Below are positions 36,401 through 51,400 of a stretch of DNA of 64,000 nucleotides, in pieces. The DNA comes from Balanoglossus misakiensis (taxonomy: Eukaryota > Animalia > Hemichordata). The first letter of the stretch is position 1. Each line of letters starts with the position of its first letter. The position numbers and the translations under genes were made by a program. Under the pieces are notes generated by a model. That model ran no database searches and was not told the DNA's origin. It saw only the letters and a program-made list of their open reading frames with translations. The DNA lies in contig CM082590.2 of assembly GCA_040954595.2 (NCBI GenBank), positions 2,108,001 through 2,172,000 of the forward strand, given 5' to 3'.

Positions 36401-39400
36401 TCTGCCCTAGCAAGGTCCAGGGGAACTTATTCTCTGCCCTATCAAGGTCCATGGGTTCTTATTCTCTGCCCTAGCAAGGTCCAGGGGTACCAATTCTCTG
36501 CCCTATCAAGGTCCATGGGTTCTTATTCTCTGCCCTAGCATGGTCCAGGGGTACCAATTCTCTGCCCTAGCAAGATCCAGGGGTACCAATTCTCTGCCCT
36601 AGCAAGGGCCAGGGGTACCAATTCTCTGCCCTAGCAAGGTCCAGGGGAACTTATTCTCTGCCTATCAAGGTCCATGGGTTCTTATTCTCTGCCCTAGCAA
36701 GGCCCAGGGGTACCAATTCTCTGCCCTAGCAAGATCCAGGGGTACAAATTCTCTGCCCTAGCAAGGGCCAGGGGTACCAATTCTTTGCCCTAGCAAGGGC
36801 CAGGGGTACTTATTCTCTGCCCTAGCAAGGGCCAGGGGTACCAATTCTCTGCCCTAGCAAGGTCCAGTGGTACCAATTCTCTGCCCTAGCAAGGGCCAGG
36901 GGTACTTATTCTCTGCCCTATCAAGGTCCATGGGTTCTTATTCTCTGCCCTAGCAAGGTCCAGTGGTACCAATTCTCTGCCCTAGCAAGGTCCAGGGGTA
37001 CAAATTCTCTGCCCTAGCAAGGGCCAGGGGTACCAATTCTCTGCCCTAGCAAGGGCCAGGGGTACCAATTCTCTGCCCTAGCAAGGTCCAGGGGAACTTA
37101 TTCTCTGCCCTATCAAGGTCCATGGGTTCTTATTCTCTGCCCTAGCAAGGTCCAGGGGTACCAATTCTCTGCCCTATCAAGGTCCATGGGTTCTTATTCT
37201 CTGCCCTAGCATGGTCCAGGGGTACCAATTCTCTGCCCTAGCAAGATCCAGGGGTACCAATTCTCTGCCCTAGCAAGGGCCAGGGGTACCAATTCTCTGC
37301 CCTAGCAAGGTCCAGGGGAACTTATTCTCTGCCTATCAAGGTCCATGGGTTCTTATTCTCTGCCCTAGCAAGGCCCAGGGGTACCAATTCTCTGCCCTAG
37401 CAAGATCCAGGGGTACAAATTCTCTGCCCTAGCAAGGGCCAGGGGTACCAATTCTTTGCCCTAGCAAGGGCCAGGGGTACCAATTCTCTGCCCTAGCAAG
37501 GGCCAGGGGTACCAATTCTCTGCCCTAGCAAGGTCCAGGGGTACTTATTCTCTGCCCTATCAAGGTCTATGGGTTCTTATTCTCTGCCCTAGCAAGGTCC
37601 AGGGGTACCAATTCTCTGCCCTAGCAAGGTCCAGGGGTACTTATTCTCTGCCCTAGCAAGGGCCAGGGGTACTTATTCTCTGCCCTAGCAAGGGCCAGTG
37701 GTACAAATTCTCTGCCCTAGCAAGGTCCAGGGGTACCAATTCTCTGCCCCAGCAAGGTCCAGGGGTACTTATTCTCTGCCCTAGCAAGGGCCAGGGGTAC
37801 CAATTCACAGCCCTAGCAAGGGCCAGGGGTACCAATTCTCTGCCCTAGCAAGGGCCAGGGGTACTTATTCTCTGCCCTAGCAAGGGCCAGTGGTACCAAT
37901 TCTCTGCCCTAGCAAGGTCCAGGGGAACTTATTCTCTGCCCTATCAAGGTCCATGGGTTCTTATTCTCTGCCCTAGCAAGGGCCAGGGGTACCAATTCTC
38001 TGCCCTAGCAAGGTCCATGGGTTCTTATTCTCTGCCCTAGCAAGGTCCAGGGGTACCAATTCTCTGCCCTAGCAAGGGCCAGGGGTACTTATTCTCTGCC
38101 CTAGGAAGGGCCAGGGGTACCAATTCTCTGCCCTAGCAAGGGCCAGGGGTACCAATTCTCTGCCCTAACAAGGGCCAGGGGTACCAATTCTCTGCCCTAC
38201 CAAGGTCCAGGGGAACTTATTCTCTGCCCTATCAAGGTCCATGGGTTCTTATTCTCTGCCCTAACAAGGTCCAGGGGTACCAATTCTCTGCCCTATCAAG
38301 GTCCATGGGTTCTTATTCTCTGCCCTAGCAAGGTCCAGGGGTACCAATTCTCTGCCCTAGCAAGGGCCAGGGGTACTTATTCTCTGCCCTAGCAAGGGCC
38401 AGGGGTACCAATTCTCTGCCCTAGCAGGGGCCAGGGGTACCAATTCTGTGCCCTAGCAAGGGCCAGGGGTACCAATTCTCTGCCCTAGCAAGGTCCAGGG
38501 GTACTTATTCTCTGCCCTATCAAGGTCCATGGGTTCTTATTCTCTGCCCTAGCAAGGTCCAGTGGTACCAATTCTCTGCCCTAGCAAGGTCCAGGGGTAC
38601 AAATTCTCTGCCCTAGCAAGGGCCAGGGGTACCAATTCTCTGCCCTAGCAAGGGCCAGGGGTACCAATTCTCTGCCCTAGCAAGGTCCAGGGGAACTTAT
38701 TCTCTGCCCTATCAAGGTCCATGGGTTCTTATTCTCTGCCCTAGCAAGGTCCAGGGGTACCAATTCTCTGCCCTATCAAGGTCCATGGGTTCTTATTCTC
38801 TGCCCTAGCATGGTCCAGGGGTACCAATTCTCTGCCCTAGCAAGATCCAGGGGTACCAATTCTCTGCCCTAGCAAGGGCCAGGGGTACCAATTCTCTGCC
38901 CTAGCAAGGTCCAGGGGAACTTATTCTCTGCCTATCAAGGTCCATGGGTTCTTATTCTCTGCCCTAGCAAGGCCCAGGGGTACCAATTCTCTGCCCTAGC
39001 AAGATCCAGGGGTACAAATTCTCTGCCCTAGCAAGGGCCAGGGGTACCAATTCTTTGCCCTAGCAAGGTCCAGGGGAACTTATTCTCTGCCCTATCAAGG
39101 TCCATGGGTTCTTATTCTCTGCCCTAGCAAGGTCCAGGGGTACCAATTCTCTGCCCTATCAAGGTCCATGGGTTCTTATTCTCTGCCCTAGCAAGGTCCA
39201 GGGGTACCAATTCTCTGCCCTAGCAAGGGCCAGGGGTACTTATTCTCTGCCCTAGCAAGGGCCAGGGGTACCAATTCTCTGCCCTAGCAAGCGCCAGGGG
39301 TACCAATTCTCTGCCCTAGCAAGGTCCAGGGGTACTTATTCTCTGCCCTATCAAGGTCTATGGGTTCTTATTCTCTGCCCTAGCAAGGTCCAGGGGTACC

Positions 39401-42400
39401 AATTCTCTGCCCTAGCAAGGTCCAGGGGTACTTATTCTCTGCCCTAGCAAGGGCCAGGGGTACTTATTCTCTGCCCTAGCAAGGGCCAGGGGTACTTATT
39501 CTCAGCCCTAGTAAGGGCCAGGGGTACAAATTCTCTGCCCTAGCAAGGTCCAGGGGTACCAATTCTCTGCCCTAGCAAGGGCCAGGGGTACCAATTCGCT
39601 GCCCTAGCAAGGGCCCGGGGTACCAATTCTCTGCCCTAGCAAGGTCCAGGGGTACTTATTCTCTGCCCTAGCAAGGTCCAGGGGTACCAATTCTCTGCCC
39701 TAGCAAGGGCCAGGGGTACTTATTCTCTGCCCTAGCAAGGGCCAGTGGTACCAATTCTCTGCCCTAGCAAGGTCCAGGGGAACTTATTCTCTGCCCTATC
39801 AAGGTCCATGGGTTCTTATTCTCTGCCCTAGCAAGGTCCAGGGGTACCAATTCTCTGCCCTATCAAGGTCCATGGGTTCTTATTCTCTGCCCTAGCAAGG
39901 TCCAGGGGTACCAATTCTCTGCCCTAGCAAGGGCCAGGGGTACTTATTCTCTGCCCTAGCAAGGGCCAGGGGTACCAATTCTCTGCCCTAGCAAGCGCCA
40001 GGGGTACCAATTCTCTGCCCTAGCAAGGTCCAGGGGTACTTATTCTCTGCCCTATCAAGGTCTATGGGTTCTTATTCTCTGCCCTAGCAAGGTCCAGGGG
40101 TACCAATTCTCTGCCCTAGCAAGGTCCAGGGGTACTTATTCTCTGCCCTAGCAAGGGCCAGGGGTACTTATTCTCTGCCCTAGCAAGGGCCAGGGGTACT
40201 TATTCTCAGCCCTAGTAAGGGCCAGGGGTACAAATTCTCTGCCCTAGCAAGGTCCAGGGGTACCAATTCTCTGCCCTAGCAAGGGCCAGGGGTACCAATT
40301 CGCTGCCCTAGCAAGGGCCCGGGGTACCAATTCTCTGCCCTAGCAAGGTCCAGGGGTACTTATTCTCTGCCCTAGCAAGGTCCAGGGGTACCAATTCTCT
40401 GCCCTAGCAAGGGCCAGGGGTACTTATTCTCTGCCCTAGCAAGGGCCAGTGGTACCAATTCTCTGCCCTAGCAAGGTCCAGGGGAACTTATTCTCTGCCC
40501 TATCAAGGTCCATGGGTTCTTATTCTCTGCCCTAGCAAGGGCCAGGGGTACCAATTCTCTGCCCTAGCAAGGGCCAGGGGTTCCAATTCTCTGCCCTAGC
40601 AAGGTCCAGGGGTACCAATTCACAGCCCTAGCAAGGGCCAGGGGTACTTATTCTCTGCCCTAGCAAGGTCCAGGGGTACCAATTCTCTGCCCTAGCAAGG
40701 GCCAGGGGTACTTATTCTCTGCCCTAGCAAGGGCCAGGGGTACCAATTCTCTGCCCTAGCAAGGGCCAGGGGTACCAATTCTCTGCCCTAGAGAGGGCCA
40801 GGGGTACCAATTCTCTGCCCTAGCAAGGTCCAGGGGTACTTATTCTCTGCCCTATCAAGGTCTATGGGTTCTTATTCTCTGCCCTAGCAAGGTCCAGGGG
40901 TACCAATTCTCTGCCCTAGCAAGGTCCAGGGGTACTTTTTCTCTGCCCTAGCAAGGGCCAGGGGTACTTATTCTCTGCCCTAGCAAGGGCCAGGGGTACA
41001 AATTCTCTGCCCTAGCAAGGTCCAGGGGTACCAATTCTCTGCCCTAGCAAGGTCCAGGGGTACTTATTCTCTGCCCTAGCAAGGGCCAGGGGTACCAATT
41101 CACAGCCCTAGCAAGGGCCAGGGGTACCAATTCTCTGCCCTAGCAAGGGCCAGGGGTACTTATTCTCTGCCCTAGCAAGGGCCAGTGGTACCAATTCTCT
41201 GCCCTAGCAAGGTCCAGGGGAACTTATTCTCTGCCCTATCAAGGTCCATGGGTTCTTATTCTCTGCCCTAGCAAGGGCCAGGGGTACCAATTCTCTGCCC
41301 TAGCAAGGTCCATGGGTTCTTATTCTCTGCCCTAGCAAGGTCCAGGGGTACCAATTCTCTGCCCTAGCAAGGGCCAGGGGTACTTATTCTCTGCCATAGC
41401 AAGGGCCAGGGGTACCAATTCTCTGCCCTAGCAAGGGCCAGGGGTACCAATTCTCTGCCCTAACAAGGGCCAGGGGTACCAATTCTCTGCCCTACCAAGG
41501 TCCAGGGGAACTTATTCTCTGCCCTATCAAGGTCCATGGGTTCTTATTCTCTGCCCTAACAAGGTCCAGGGGTACCAATTCTCTGCCCTATCAAGGTCCA
41601 TGGGTTCTTATTCTCTGCCCTAGCAAGGTCCAGGGGTACCAATTCTCTGCCCTAGCAAGGGCCAGGGGTACTTATTCTCTGCCCTAGCAAGGGCCAGGGG
41701 TACCAATTCTCTGCCCTAGCAGGGGCCAGGGGTACCAATTCTGTGCCCTAGCAAGGGCCAAGGGTACCAATTCTCTGCCCTAGCAAGGTCCAGGGGTACT
41801 TATTCTCTGCCCTATCAAGGTCCATGGGTTCTTATTCTCTGCCCTAGCAAGGTCCAGTGGTACCAATTCTCTGCCCTAGCAAGGTCCAGGGGTACAAATT
41901 CTCTGCCCTAGCAAGGGCCAGGGGTACCAATTCTCTGCCCTAGCAAGGGCCAGGGGTACCAATTCTCTGCCCTAGCAAGGTCCAGGGGAACTTATTCTCT
42001 GCCCTATCAAGGTCCATGGGTTCTTATTCTCTGCCCTAGCAAGGTCCAGGGGTACCAATTCTCTGCCCTATCAAGGTCCATGGGTTCTTATTTTCTGCCC
42101 TAGCATGGTCCAGGGGTACCAATTCTCTGCCCTAGCAAGATCCAGGGGTACCAATTCTCTGCCCTAGCAAGGGCCAGGGGTACCAATTCTATGCCCTAGC
42201 AAGGTCCAGGGGAACTTATTCTCTGCCTATCAAGGTCCATGGGTTCTTTTTCTCTGCCCTAGCAAGGCCCAGGGGTACCAATTCTCTGCCCTAGCAAGAT
42301 CCAGGGGTACAAATTCTCTGCCCTAGCAAGGGCCAGGGGTACCAATTCTTTGCCCTAGCAAGGGCCAGGGGTACCAATTCTCTGCCCTAGCAAGGTCCAG

Positions 42401-45400
42401 GGGAACTTATTCTCTGCCCTATCAAGGTCTATGGGTTCTTATTCTCTGCCCTAGCAAGGTCCAGGGGTACCAATTCTCTGCCCTAGCAAGGTCCAGGGGT
42501 ACTTATTCTCTGCCCTAGCAAGGGCCAGGGGTACTTATTCTCTGCCCTAGCAAGGGCCAGGGGTACAAATTCTCTGCCCTAGCAAGGTCCAGGGGTACCA
42601 ATTCTCTGCCCTAGCAAGGTCCAGGGGTACTTATTCTCTGCCCTAGCAAGGGCCAGGGGTACCAATTCACAGCCCTAGCAAGGGCCAGGGGTACCAATTC
42701 TCTGCCCTAGCAAGGGCCAGGGGTACTTATTCTCTGCCCTAGCAAGGGCCAGTGGTACCAATTCTCTGCCCTAGCAAGGTCCAGGGGAACTTATTCTCTG
42801 CCCTATCAAGGTCCATGGGTTCTTATTCTCTGCCCTAGCAAGGGCCAGGGGTACCAATTCTCTGCCCTAGCAAGGTCCATGGGTTCTTATTCTTTGCCCT
42901 AGCAAGGTCCAGGGGTACCAATTCTCTGCCCTAGCAAGGTCCAGGGGTACTTATTCTCTGCCCTAGCAAGGGCCAGGGGTACCAATTCACAGCCCTAGCA
43001 AGGGCCAGGGGTACCAATTCTATGCCCTAGCAAGGGCCAGGGGTACTTATTCTCTGCCCTAGCAAGGGCCAGTGGTACCAATTCTCTGCCCTAGCAAGGT
43101 CCAGGGGAACTTATTCTCTGCCCTATCAAGGTCCATGGGTTCTTATTCTCTGCCCTAGCAAGGGCCAGGGGTACCAATTCTCTGCCCTAGCAAGGTCCAT
43201 GGGTTCTTATTCTCTGCCCTAGCAAGGTCCAGGGGTACCAATTCTCTGCCCTAGCAAGGTCCAGGGGTACTTATTCTCTGCCCTAGCAAGGGCCAGGGGT
43301 ACTTATTCTCTGCCCTAGCAAGGGCCAGGGGTACAAATTCTCTGCCCTAGCGAGGTCCAGGGGTACCAATTCTCTGCCCTAGCAAGGTCCAGGGGTACTT
43401 ATTCTCTGCCCTAGCAAGGGCCAGGGGTACCAATTCACAGCCCTAGCAAGGGCCAGGGGTACCAATTCTCTGCCCTAGCAAGGGCCAGGGGTACTTATTC
43501 TCTGCCCTAGCAAGGGCCAGTGGTACTAATTCTCTGCCCTAGCAAGGTCCAGGGGAACTTATTCTCTGCCCTATCAAGGTCCATGGGTTCTTATTCTCTG
43601 CCCTAGCAAGGGCCAGGGGTACCAATTCTCTGCCCTAGCAAGGTCCATGGGTTCTTATTCTCTGCCCTAGCAAGGTCCAGGGGTACCAATTCTCTGCCCT
43701 AGCAAGGGCCAGGGGTACTTATTCTCTGCCCTAGGAAGGGCCAGGGGTACCAATTCTCTGCCCTAGCAAGGGCCAGGGGTACCAATTCTCTGCCCTAACA
43801 AGGGCCAGGGGTACCAATTCTCTGCCCTAGCAAGGTCCAGGGGAACTTATTCTCTGCCCTATAAAGGTCCATGGGTTCTTATTCTCTGCCCTAACAAGGT
43901 CCAGGGGTACCAATTCTCTGCCCTATCAGGGTCCATGGGTTCTTATTCTCTGCCCTAGCAAGGTCCAGGGGTACCAATTCTCTGCCCTAGCAAGGGCCAG
44001 GGGTACCAATTCTCTGCCCTAGCAGGGGCCAGGGGTACCAATTCTGTGCCCTAGCAAGGGCCAGGGGTACCAATTCTCTGCCCTAGCAAGGTCCAGGGGT
44101 ACTTATTCTCTGCCCTATCAAGGTCCATGGGTTCTTATTCTCTGCCCTAGCAAGGTCCAGTGGTACCAATTCTCTGCCCTAGCAAGGTCCAGGGGTACAA
44201 ATTATCAGCCCTAGCAAGGGCCAGGGGTACCAATTCTCTGCCCTAGCAAGGGCCAGGGGTACCAATTCTCTGCCCTAGCAAGGTCCAGGGGAACTTATTC
44301 TCTGCCCTATCAAGGTCCATGGGTTCTTATTCTCTGCCCTAGCAAGGTCCAGGGGTACCAATTCTCTGCCCTATCAAGGTCCATGGGTTCTTATTCTCTG
44401 CCCTAGCATGGTCCAGGGGTACCAATTCTCTGCCCTAGCAAGATCCAGGGGTACCAATTCTCTGCCCTAGCAAGGGCCAGGGGTACCAATTCTCTGCCCT
44501 AGCAAGGTCCAGGGGAACTTATTCTCTGCCTATCAAGGTCCATGGGTTCTTATTCTCTGCCCTAGCAAGGCCCAGGGGTACCAATTCTCTGCCCTAGCAA
44601 GATCCAGGGGTACAAATTCTCTGCCCTAGCAAGGGCCAGGGGTACCAATTCGTTGCCCTAGCAAGGGCCAGGGGTACCAATTCTCTGCCCTAGCAAGGTC
44701 CAGGGGAACTTATTCTCTGCCCTATCAAGGTCCATGGGTTCTTATTCTCTGCCCTAGCAAGGTCCAGGGGTACCAATTCTCTGCCCTATCAAGGTCCATG
44801 GGTTCTTATTCTCTGCCCTAGCAAGGTCCAGGGGTACCAATTCTCTGCCCTAGCAAGGGCCAGGGGTACTTATTCTCTGCCCTAGCAAGGGCCAGGGGTA
44901 CCAATTCTCTGCCCTAGCAAGCGCCAGGGGTACCAATTCTCTGCCCTAGCAAGGGCCAGGGGTACCAATTCTCTGCCCTAGCAAGGTCCAGGGGTACTTA
45001 TTCTCTGCCCTATCAAGGTCCATGAGTTCTTATTCTCTGCCCTAGCAAGGTCCAGGGGTACCAATTCTCTGCCCTAGCAAGGTCCAGGGGTACTTATTCT
45101 CTGCCCTAGCAAGGGCCAGGGGTACTTATTCTCTGCCCTTGCAAGGGCCAGGGGTACCAATTCTCTGCCCTAGCAAGGGCCAGGGTTACTTATTCTCTGC
45201 CCGATCAAGGTCCATGGGTCCTTATTCTCTGCCCTAGCAAGGTCCAGGGGTACCAATTCTCTGCCCTAGCAAGGGCCAGGGGTACTTATTCTCTGCACTA
45301 TCAAGGTCCAGGGGTACTTATTCTCAGCCCTAGCAAGGTCCAGGGGTACCAATTCTCTGCCCTAGCAAGGGCCAGGGGTACTTATTCTCTGCCCTAGCAA

Positions 45401-48400
45401 GGGAGAGGAGTGCCAATTCTCTGCCCTAGCAAGGGCCAGAGGTACTTATTCTCTGCCCTAGCAAGGGCCAGGGGTACTTATTCTCTGCCCTAGCAATGGC
45501 CAGAGGTACTTATTCTCTGTCCTATCAAGGTCCATGGGTTCTTATTCTGTGCCCTAGCAAGGTCCAGGGGTACTTATTCGCTGTCCTATCAAGGTCCATG
45601 GGTTCTAATTCTGTGCCCTAGCAAGGTCCAGGGGTACTTATTCTCTGCCCTAGCAAGGTCCAGGGGTACCAATTCTCAGCCCTAGCAAGGGCCAGGGGTA
45701 CTTATTCACTGGCCTAGCAAGGTCCATGGGTTCTTATTCTCTGCCCTAGCAAGGTCCAGGGGTACCAATTCTCTGCCCTTGCATGGTCCAGGGGTACCAA
45801 TTCTCTGCCCTAGCAAGGTCCAGGGGTACCAATTCTCTGCCCTTTCATGGTCCAGGGGTACTTATTCTCTACCCTAGCAAGGTCCAGGGGTACCAATTCT
45901 CTGCCCTAGCAAGGTCCAGAGGCACTTTATTCACTGGCCTAGCAAGGTCCATGGGTACTTATTCTCTGCCTTAGCAAGGTCCAGGGGTACCAATTCACTG
46001 CCCTAGCAAGGGCCAGGGGTACCAATTCACAGCCCTAGCAAGGGCCAGGGGTACTTATTCTCTGCCCTAGCAAGGTCCAGGGGTACCAATTCTCTGCCCT
46101 AGCAAGGTCCAGAGGCACTTATTCACTGGCCTAGCAAGGTCCATGGGTACTTATTCTCTGCCTTAGCAAGGTCCTGGGGTACCAATTCTCTGCCCTAGCA
46201 AGGGCCAGGGGTACCAATTCACAGCCCTAGCAAGGGCCAGGGGTACTTATTCTCTGCCCTAGCAAGGTCCAGGGGTACCAATTCTCTGCCCTAGCAAGGG
46301 CCAGGGGTACTTATTCTCTGCCCTAGCAAGGGCCAGGGGTACCAATTCTCTGCCCTAGCAAGGGCCAGGGGTACCAATTCTCTGCCCTAGCAAGGGCCAG
46401 GGGTACCAATTCTCTGCCCTAGCAAGGTCCAGGGGTACTTATTCTCTTCCCTATCAAGGTCCATGGGTTCTTATTCTCTGCTCTAGCAAGGTCCAGGGGT
46501 ACCAATTCTCTGCCCTAGCAAGGTCCAGGGGTACTTATTCTCTGCCCTAGCAAGGGCCAGGGGTACTTATTCTCAGCCCTAGCAAGGGCCAGGGGTACAA
46601 ATTCTCTGCCCTAGCAAGGTCCAGGGGTACCAAATCTCTGCCCTAGCAAGGGCCAGGGGTACCAATTCTCTGCCCTAGCAAGGGCCAGGGGTACCAATTC
46701 TCTGCCCTAGCAAGGTCCAGGGGTACTTATTCTCTGCCCTATCAAGGTCCAGGGGTACTTATTCTCAGCCCTAGCAAGGTCCAGAGGTACTTATTCTCTG
46801 CCCTAGCAAGGGCCAGGGGTACTTATTCTCTGCCCTAGCAAGGGCCAGGGGTACTTATTCTCTGTCCTATCAAGGTCCATGGGTTCTTATTCTGTGCCCT
46901 AGCAAGGTCCAGGGGTACTTATTCGCTGTCCTATCAAGGTCCATGGGTTCTTATTCTGTGCCCTACCAAGGTCCAGGGGTACTTATTCTCTGCCCTAGCA
47001 AGGTCCAGGGGTACCAATTCTCAGCCCTAGCAAGGGCCAGGGGTACTTATTCACTGGCCTAGCAAGGTCCATGGGTTCTTATTCTCTGCCCTAGCAAGGT
47101 CCAGGGGTACCAATTCTCTGCCCTTGCATGGTCCAGGGGTACCAATTCTCTGCCCTAGCAAGGTCCAGGGGTACCAATTCTCTGCCCTTGCATGGTCCAG
47201 GGGTACTTATTCTCTGCCCTAGCAAGGTCCAGGGGTACCAATTCTCTGCCCTAGCAAGGTCCAGAGGCACTTATTCACTGGCCTAGCAAGGTCCATGGGT
47301 ACTTATTCTCTGCCTTAGCAAGGTCCAGGGGTACCAATTCTCTGCCCTAGCAAGGGCCAGGGGTACCAATTCACAGCCCTAGCAAGGGCCAGGGGTACTT
47401 ATTCTCTGCCCTAGCAAGGTCCAGGGGTACCAATTCTCTGCCCTAGCAAGGTCCAGAGGCACTTATTCACTGGCCTAGCAAGGTCCATGGGTACTTATTC
47501 TCTGCCTTAGCAAGGTCCAGGGGTACCAATTCTCTGCCCTAGCAAGGGCCAGGGGTACCAATTCACAGCCCTAGCAAGGGCCAGGGGTACTTATTCTCTG
47601 CCCTAGCAAGGTCCAGGGGTACCAATTCTCTGCCCTAGCAAGGGCCAGGGGTACCAATTCTCTGCCCTAGCAAGGGCCAGGGGTACCAATTCTCTGCCCT
47701 AGCAAGGGCCAGGGGTACCAATTCTCTGCCCTAGCAAGGTCCAGGGGTACTTTTTCTCTGCCCTAGCAAGGTCCAGGGGTACCAATTCTCTGCCCTAGCA
47801 AGGGCCAGGGGTACCAATTCTCTGCCCTAGCAAGGGCCATGGGTACCAATTCTCTGCCCTAGCAAGGGCCAGGGGTACCAATTCTCTGCCCTATCAAGGT
47901 CCATGGGTTCTTTTTCTCTGCCCTAGCAAGGTCCAGGGGTACCAATTCTCTGCCCTAGCAAGGTCCAGGGGTACTTATTCTCTGCCCTAGCAAGGGCCAG
48001 GGGTACAAATTCTCTGCCCTAGCAAGGTCCAGGGGTACCAATTCTCTGCCCTAGCAAGGGCCAGGGGTACCAATTCTCTGCCCTAGCAAGGTCCAGGGGT
48101 ACTTATTCTCTGCCCTAGCAAGGTCCAGGGGTACCAATTCTCTGCCCTAGCAAGGGCCAGGGGTACTTATTCTCTGCCCTAGCAAGGGCCAGTGGTACCA
48201 ATTCTCTGCCCTAGCAAGGTCCAGGGGAACTTATTCTCTGCCCTATCAAGGTCCATGGGTTCTTATTCTCTGCCCTAGCAAGGGCCAGGGGTACCAATTC
48301 TCTGCCCTAGCAAGGGCCAGGGGTACCAATTCTCTGCCCTAGCAAGGGCCAGGGGTACTTATTCACTGGCCTAGCAAGGTCCATGGGTTCTTATTCTCTG

Positions 48401-51400
48401 CCCTAGCAAGGTCCAGGGGTACCAATTCTCTGCCCTTGCATGGTCCAGGGGTACCAATTCTCTGCCCTAGCAAGGTCCAGGGGTACCAATTCTCTGCCCT
48501 TGCATGGTCCAGGGGTACTTATTCTCTGCCCTTGCAAGGTCCAGGGGTACCAATTCTCTACCCTAGCAAGGTCCAGAGGCACTTATTCACTGGCCTAGCA
48601 AGGTCCATGGGTACTTATTCTCTGCCTTAGCAAGGTCCAGGGGTACCAATTCTCTGCCCTAGCAAGGGCCAGGGGTACCAATTCACAGCCCTAGCAAGGG
48701 CCAGGGGTACTTATTCTCTGCCCTAGCAAGGTCCAGGGGTACCAATTCTCTGCCCTAGCAAGGTCCAGAGGCACTTATTCACTGGCCTAGCAAGGTCCAT
48801 GGGTACTTATTCTCTGCCTTAGCAAGGTCCAGGGGTACCAATTCTCTGCCCTAGCAAGGGCCAGGGGTACCAATTCACAGCCCTAGCAAGGGCCAGTGGT
48901 ACTCATTCTCTGCCCTAGCAAGGTCCAGGGGTACCAATTCTCTGCCCTAGCAAGGTCCATGGGTTCTTATTCTCTGCCCTAGCAAGGTCCAGGGGTACCA
49001 ATTCTCTGCCCTAGCAAGGTCCAGGGGTACTTATTCTCTTCCCTAGCAAGGGCCAGGGGTACTTATTCTCAGCCCTAGCAAGGGCCAGGGGTACAAATTC
49101 TCTGCCCTAGCAAGGTCCAGGGGTACCAATTCTCTGCCCTAGCAAGGGCCAGGGGTACCAATTCTCTGCCCTAGCAAGGTCCAGGGGTACTTATTCTCTG
49201 CCCTATCAAGGTCCATGGGTTCTTATTCTCTGCCCTGGCTAGGTCCAGGGGTACCAATTCTCTGCCCTATCAAGGTCCATGGGTTCTTATTCTCTGCCCT
49301 AGCAAGGTCCAGGGGTACCAATTCTCTGCCCTAGCAAGGTCCAGGGGTACTTATTCTCTGCCCTATCAAGGTCCAGGGGTACTTATTCTCTGCCCTAGCA
49401 AGGTCCAGGGGTACCAATTCTCTGCCCTAGCAAGGGCCAGTGGTACTTATTCTCTGCTCTAGCAAGGGCCAGTGGTACCAATTCTCTGCCCTAGCAAGGT
49501 CCAGGGGAACTTATTCTCTGCCCTATCAAGGTCCATGGGTTCTTATTCTCTGCCCTAGCAAGGGCCAGGGGTACCAATTCTCTGCCCTAGCAAGGGCCAG
49601 GGGTACCAATTCTCTGCCCTAGCAAGGTCCAGAGGCACTTATTCACTGGCCTAGCAAGGTCCATGGGTACTTATTCTCTGCCTTAGCAAGGTCCAGGGGT
49701 ACCAATTCTCTGCCCAAGCAAGGGCCAGGGGTACCAATTCACAGCCCTAGCAAGGGCCAGGGGTACTTATTCTCTGCCCTAGCAAGGTCCAGGGGTACCA
49801 ATTCTCTGCCCTAGCAAGGGCCAGAGGTACTTATTCTCTGCCCTAGCAAGGGCCAGTGGTACCAATTCTCTGCCCTAGCAAGGTCCAGGGGAACTTATTC
49901 TCTGCCCTATCAAGGTCCATGGGTTCTTATTCTCTGCCCTAGCAAGGGCCAGGGGTACCAATTCTCTGCCCTTGCATGGTCCAGGGGTACCAATTCTCTG
50001 CCCTAGCAAGGTCCAGGGGTACCAATTCTCTGCCCTTGCATGGTCCAGGGGTACTTATTCTCTGCCCTAGCAAGGACCAGGGGTACCAATTCTCTGCCCT
50101 AGCAAGGTCCAGAGGCACTTATTCACTGGCCTAGCAAGGTCCATGGGTACTTAATCTCTGCCTTAGCAAGGTCCAGGGGTACCAATTCTCTGCCCTAGCA
50201 AGGGCCAGGGGTACCAATTCACCGCCCTAGCAAGGGCCAGGGGTACTTATTCTCTGCCCTAGCAAGGTCCAGGGGTACCAATTCTCTGCCCCAGCAAGGT
50301 CCAGAGGCACTTATTCACTGGCCTAGCAAGGTCCATGGGTACTTATTCTCTGCCTTAGCAAGGTCCAGGGGTACCAATTCTCTGCCCTAGCAAGGGCCAG
50401 GGGTACCAATTCACAGCCCTAGCAAGGGCCAGGGGTACTTATTCTCTGCCCTAGCAAGGTCCAGGGGTACCAATTCTCTGCCCTAGCAAGGGCCAGGGGT
50501 ACCAATTCTCTGCCCTAGCAAGGGCCAGGGTTACCAATTCTCTGCCCTAGCAAGGGCCAGGGGTACCAATTCTCTGCCCTAGCAAGGTCCAGGGGTACTT
50601 ATTCTCTGCCCTATAAAGGTCCATGGGTTCTTATTCTCTGCCCTAGCAATGTCCAGGGGTACCAATTCTCTGCCCTAGCAAGGTCCAGGGGTACTTATTC
50701 TCTGCCCTAGCAAGGGCCAGGGGTACTTATTCTCAGCCCTAGCAAGGGCCAGTGGTACCAATTCTCTGCCCTAGCAAGGTCCAGGGGAACTTATTCTCTG
50801 CCCTATCAAGGTCCATGGGTTCTTATTCTCTGCCCTAGCAAGGGCCAGGGGTACCAATTCTCTGCCCTTGCATGGTCCAGGGGTACCAATTCTCTGCCCT
50901 AGCAAGGTCCAGGGGTACCAATTCTCTGCCCTTGCATGGTCCAGGGGTACTTATTCTCTGCCCTAGCAAGGACCAGGGGTACCAATTCTCTGCCCTAGCA
51001 AGGTCCAGAGGCACTTATTCACTGGCCTAGCAAGGTCCATGGGTACTTATTCTCTGCCTTAGCAAGGTCCAGGGGTACCAATTCTCTGCCCTAGCAAGGG
51101 CCAGGGGTACCAATTCACCGCCCTAGCAAGGGCCAGGGGTACTTATTCTCTGCCCTAGCAAGGTCCAGGGGTACCAATTCTCTGCCCTAGCAAGGTCCAG
51201 AGGCACTTATTCACTGGCCTAGCAAGGTCCATGGGTACTTATTCTCTGCCTTAGCAAGGTCCAGGGGTACCAATTCTCTGCCCTAGCAAGGGCCAGGGGT
51301 ACCAATTCACAGCCCTAGCAAGGGCCAGGGGTACTTATTCTCTGCCCTAGCAAGGTCCAGGGGTACCAATTCTCTGCCCTAGCAAGGGCCAGGGGTACCA

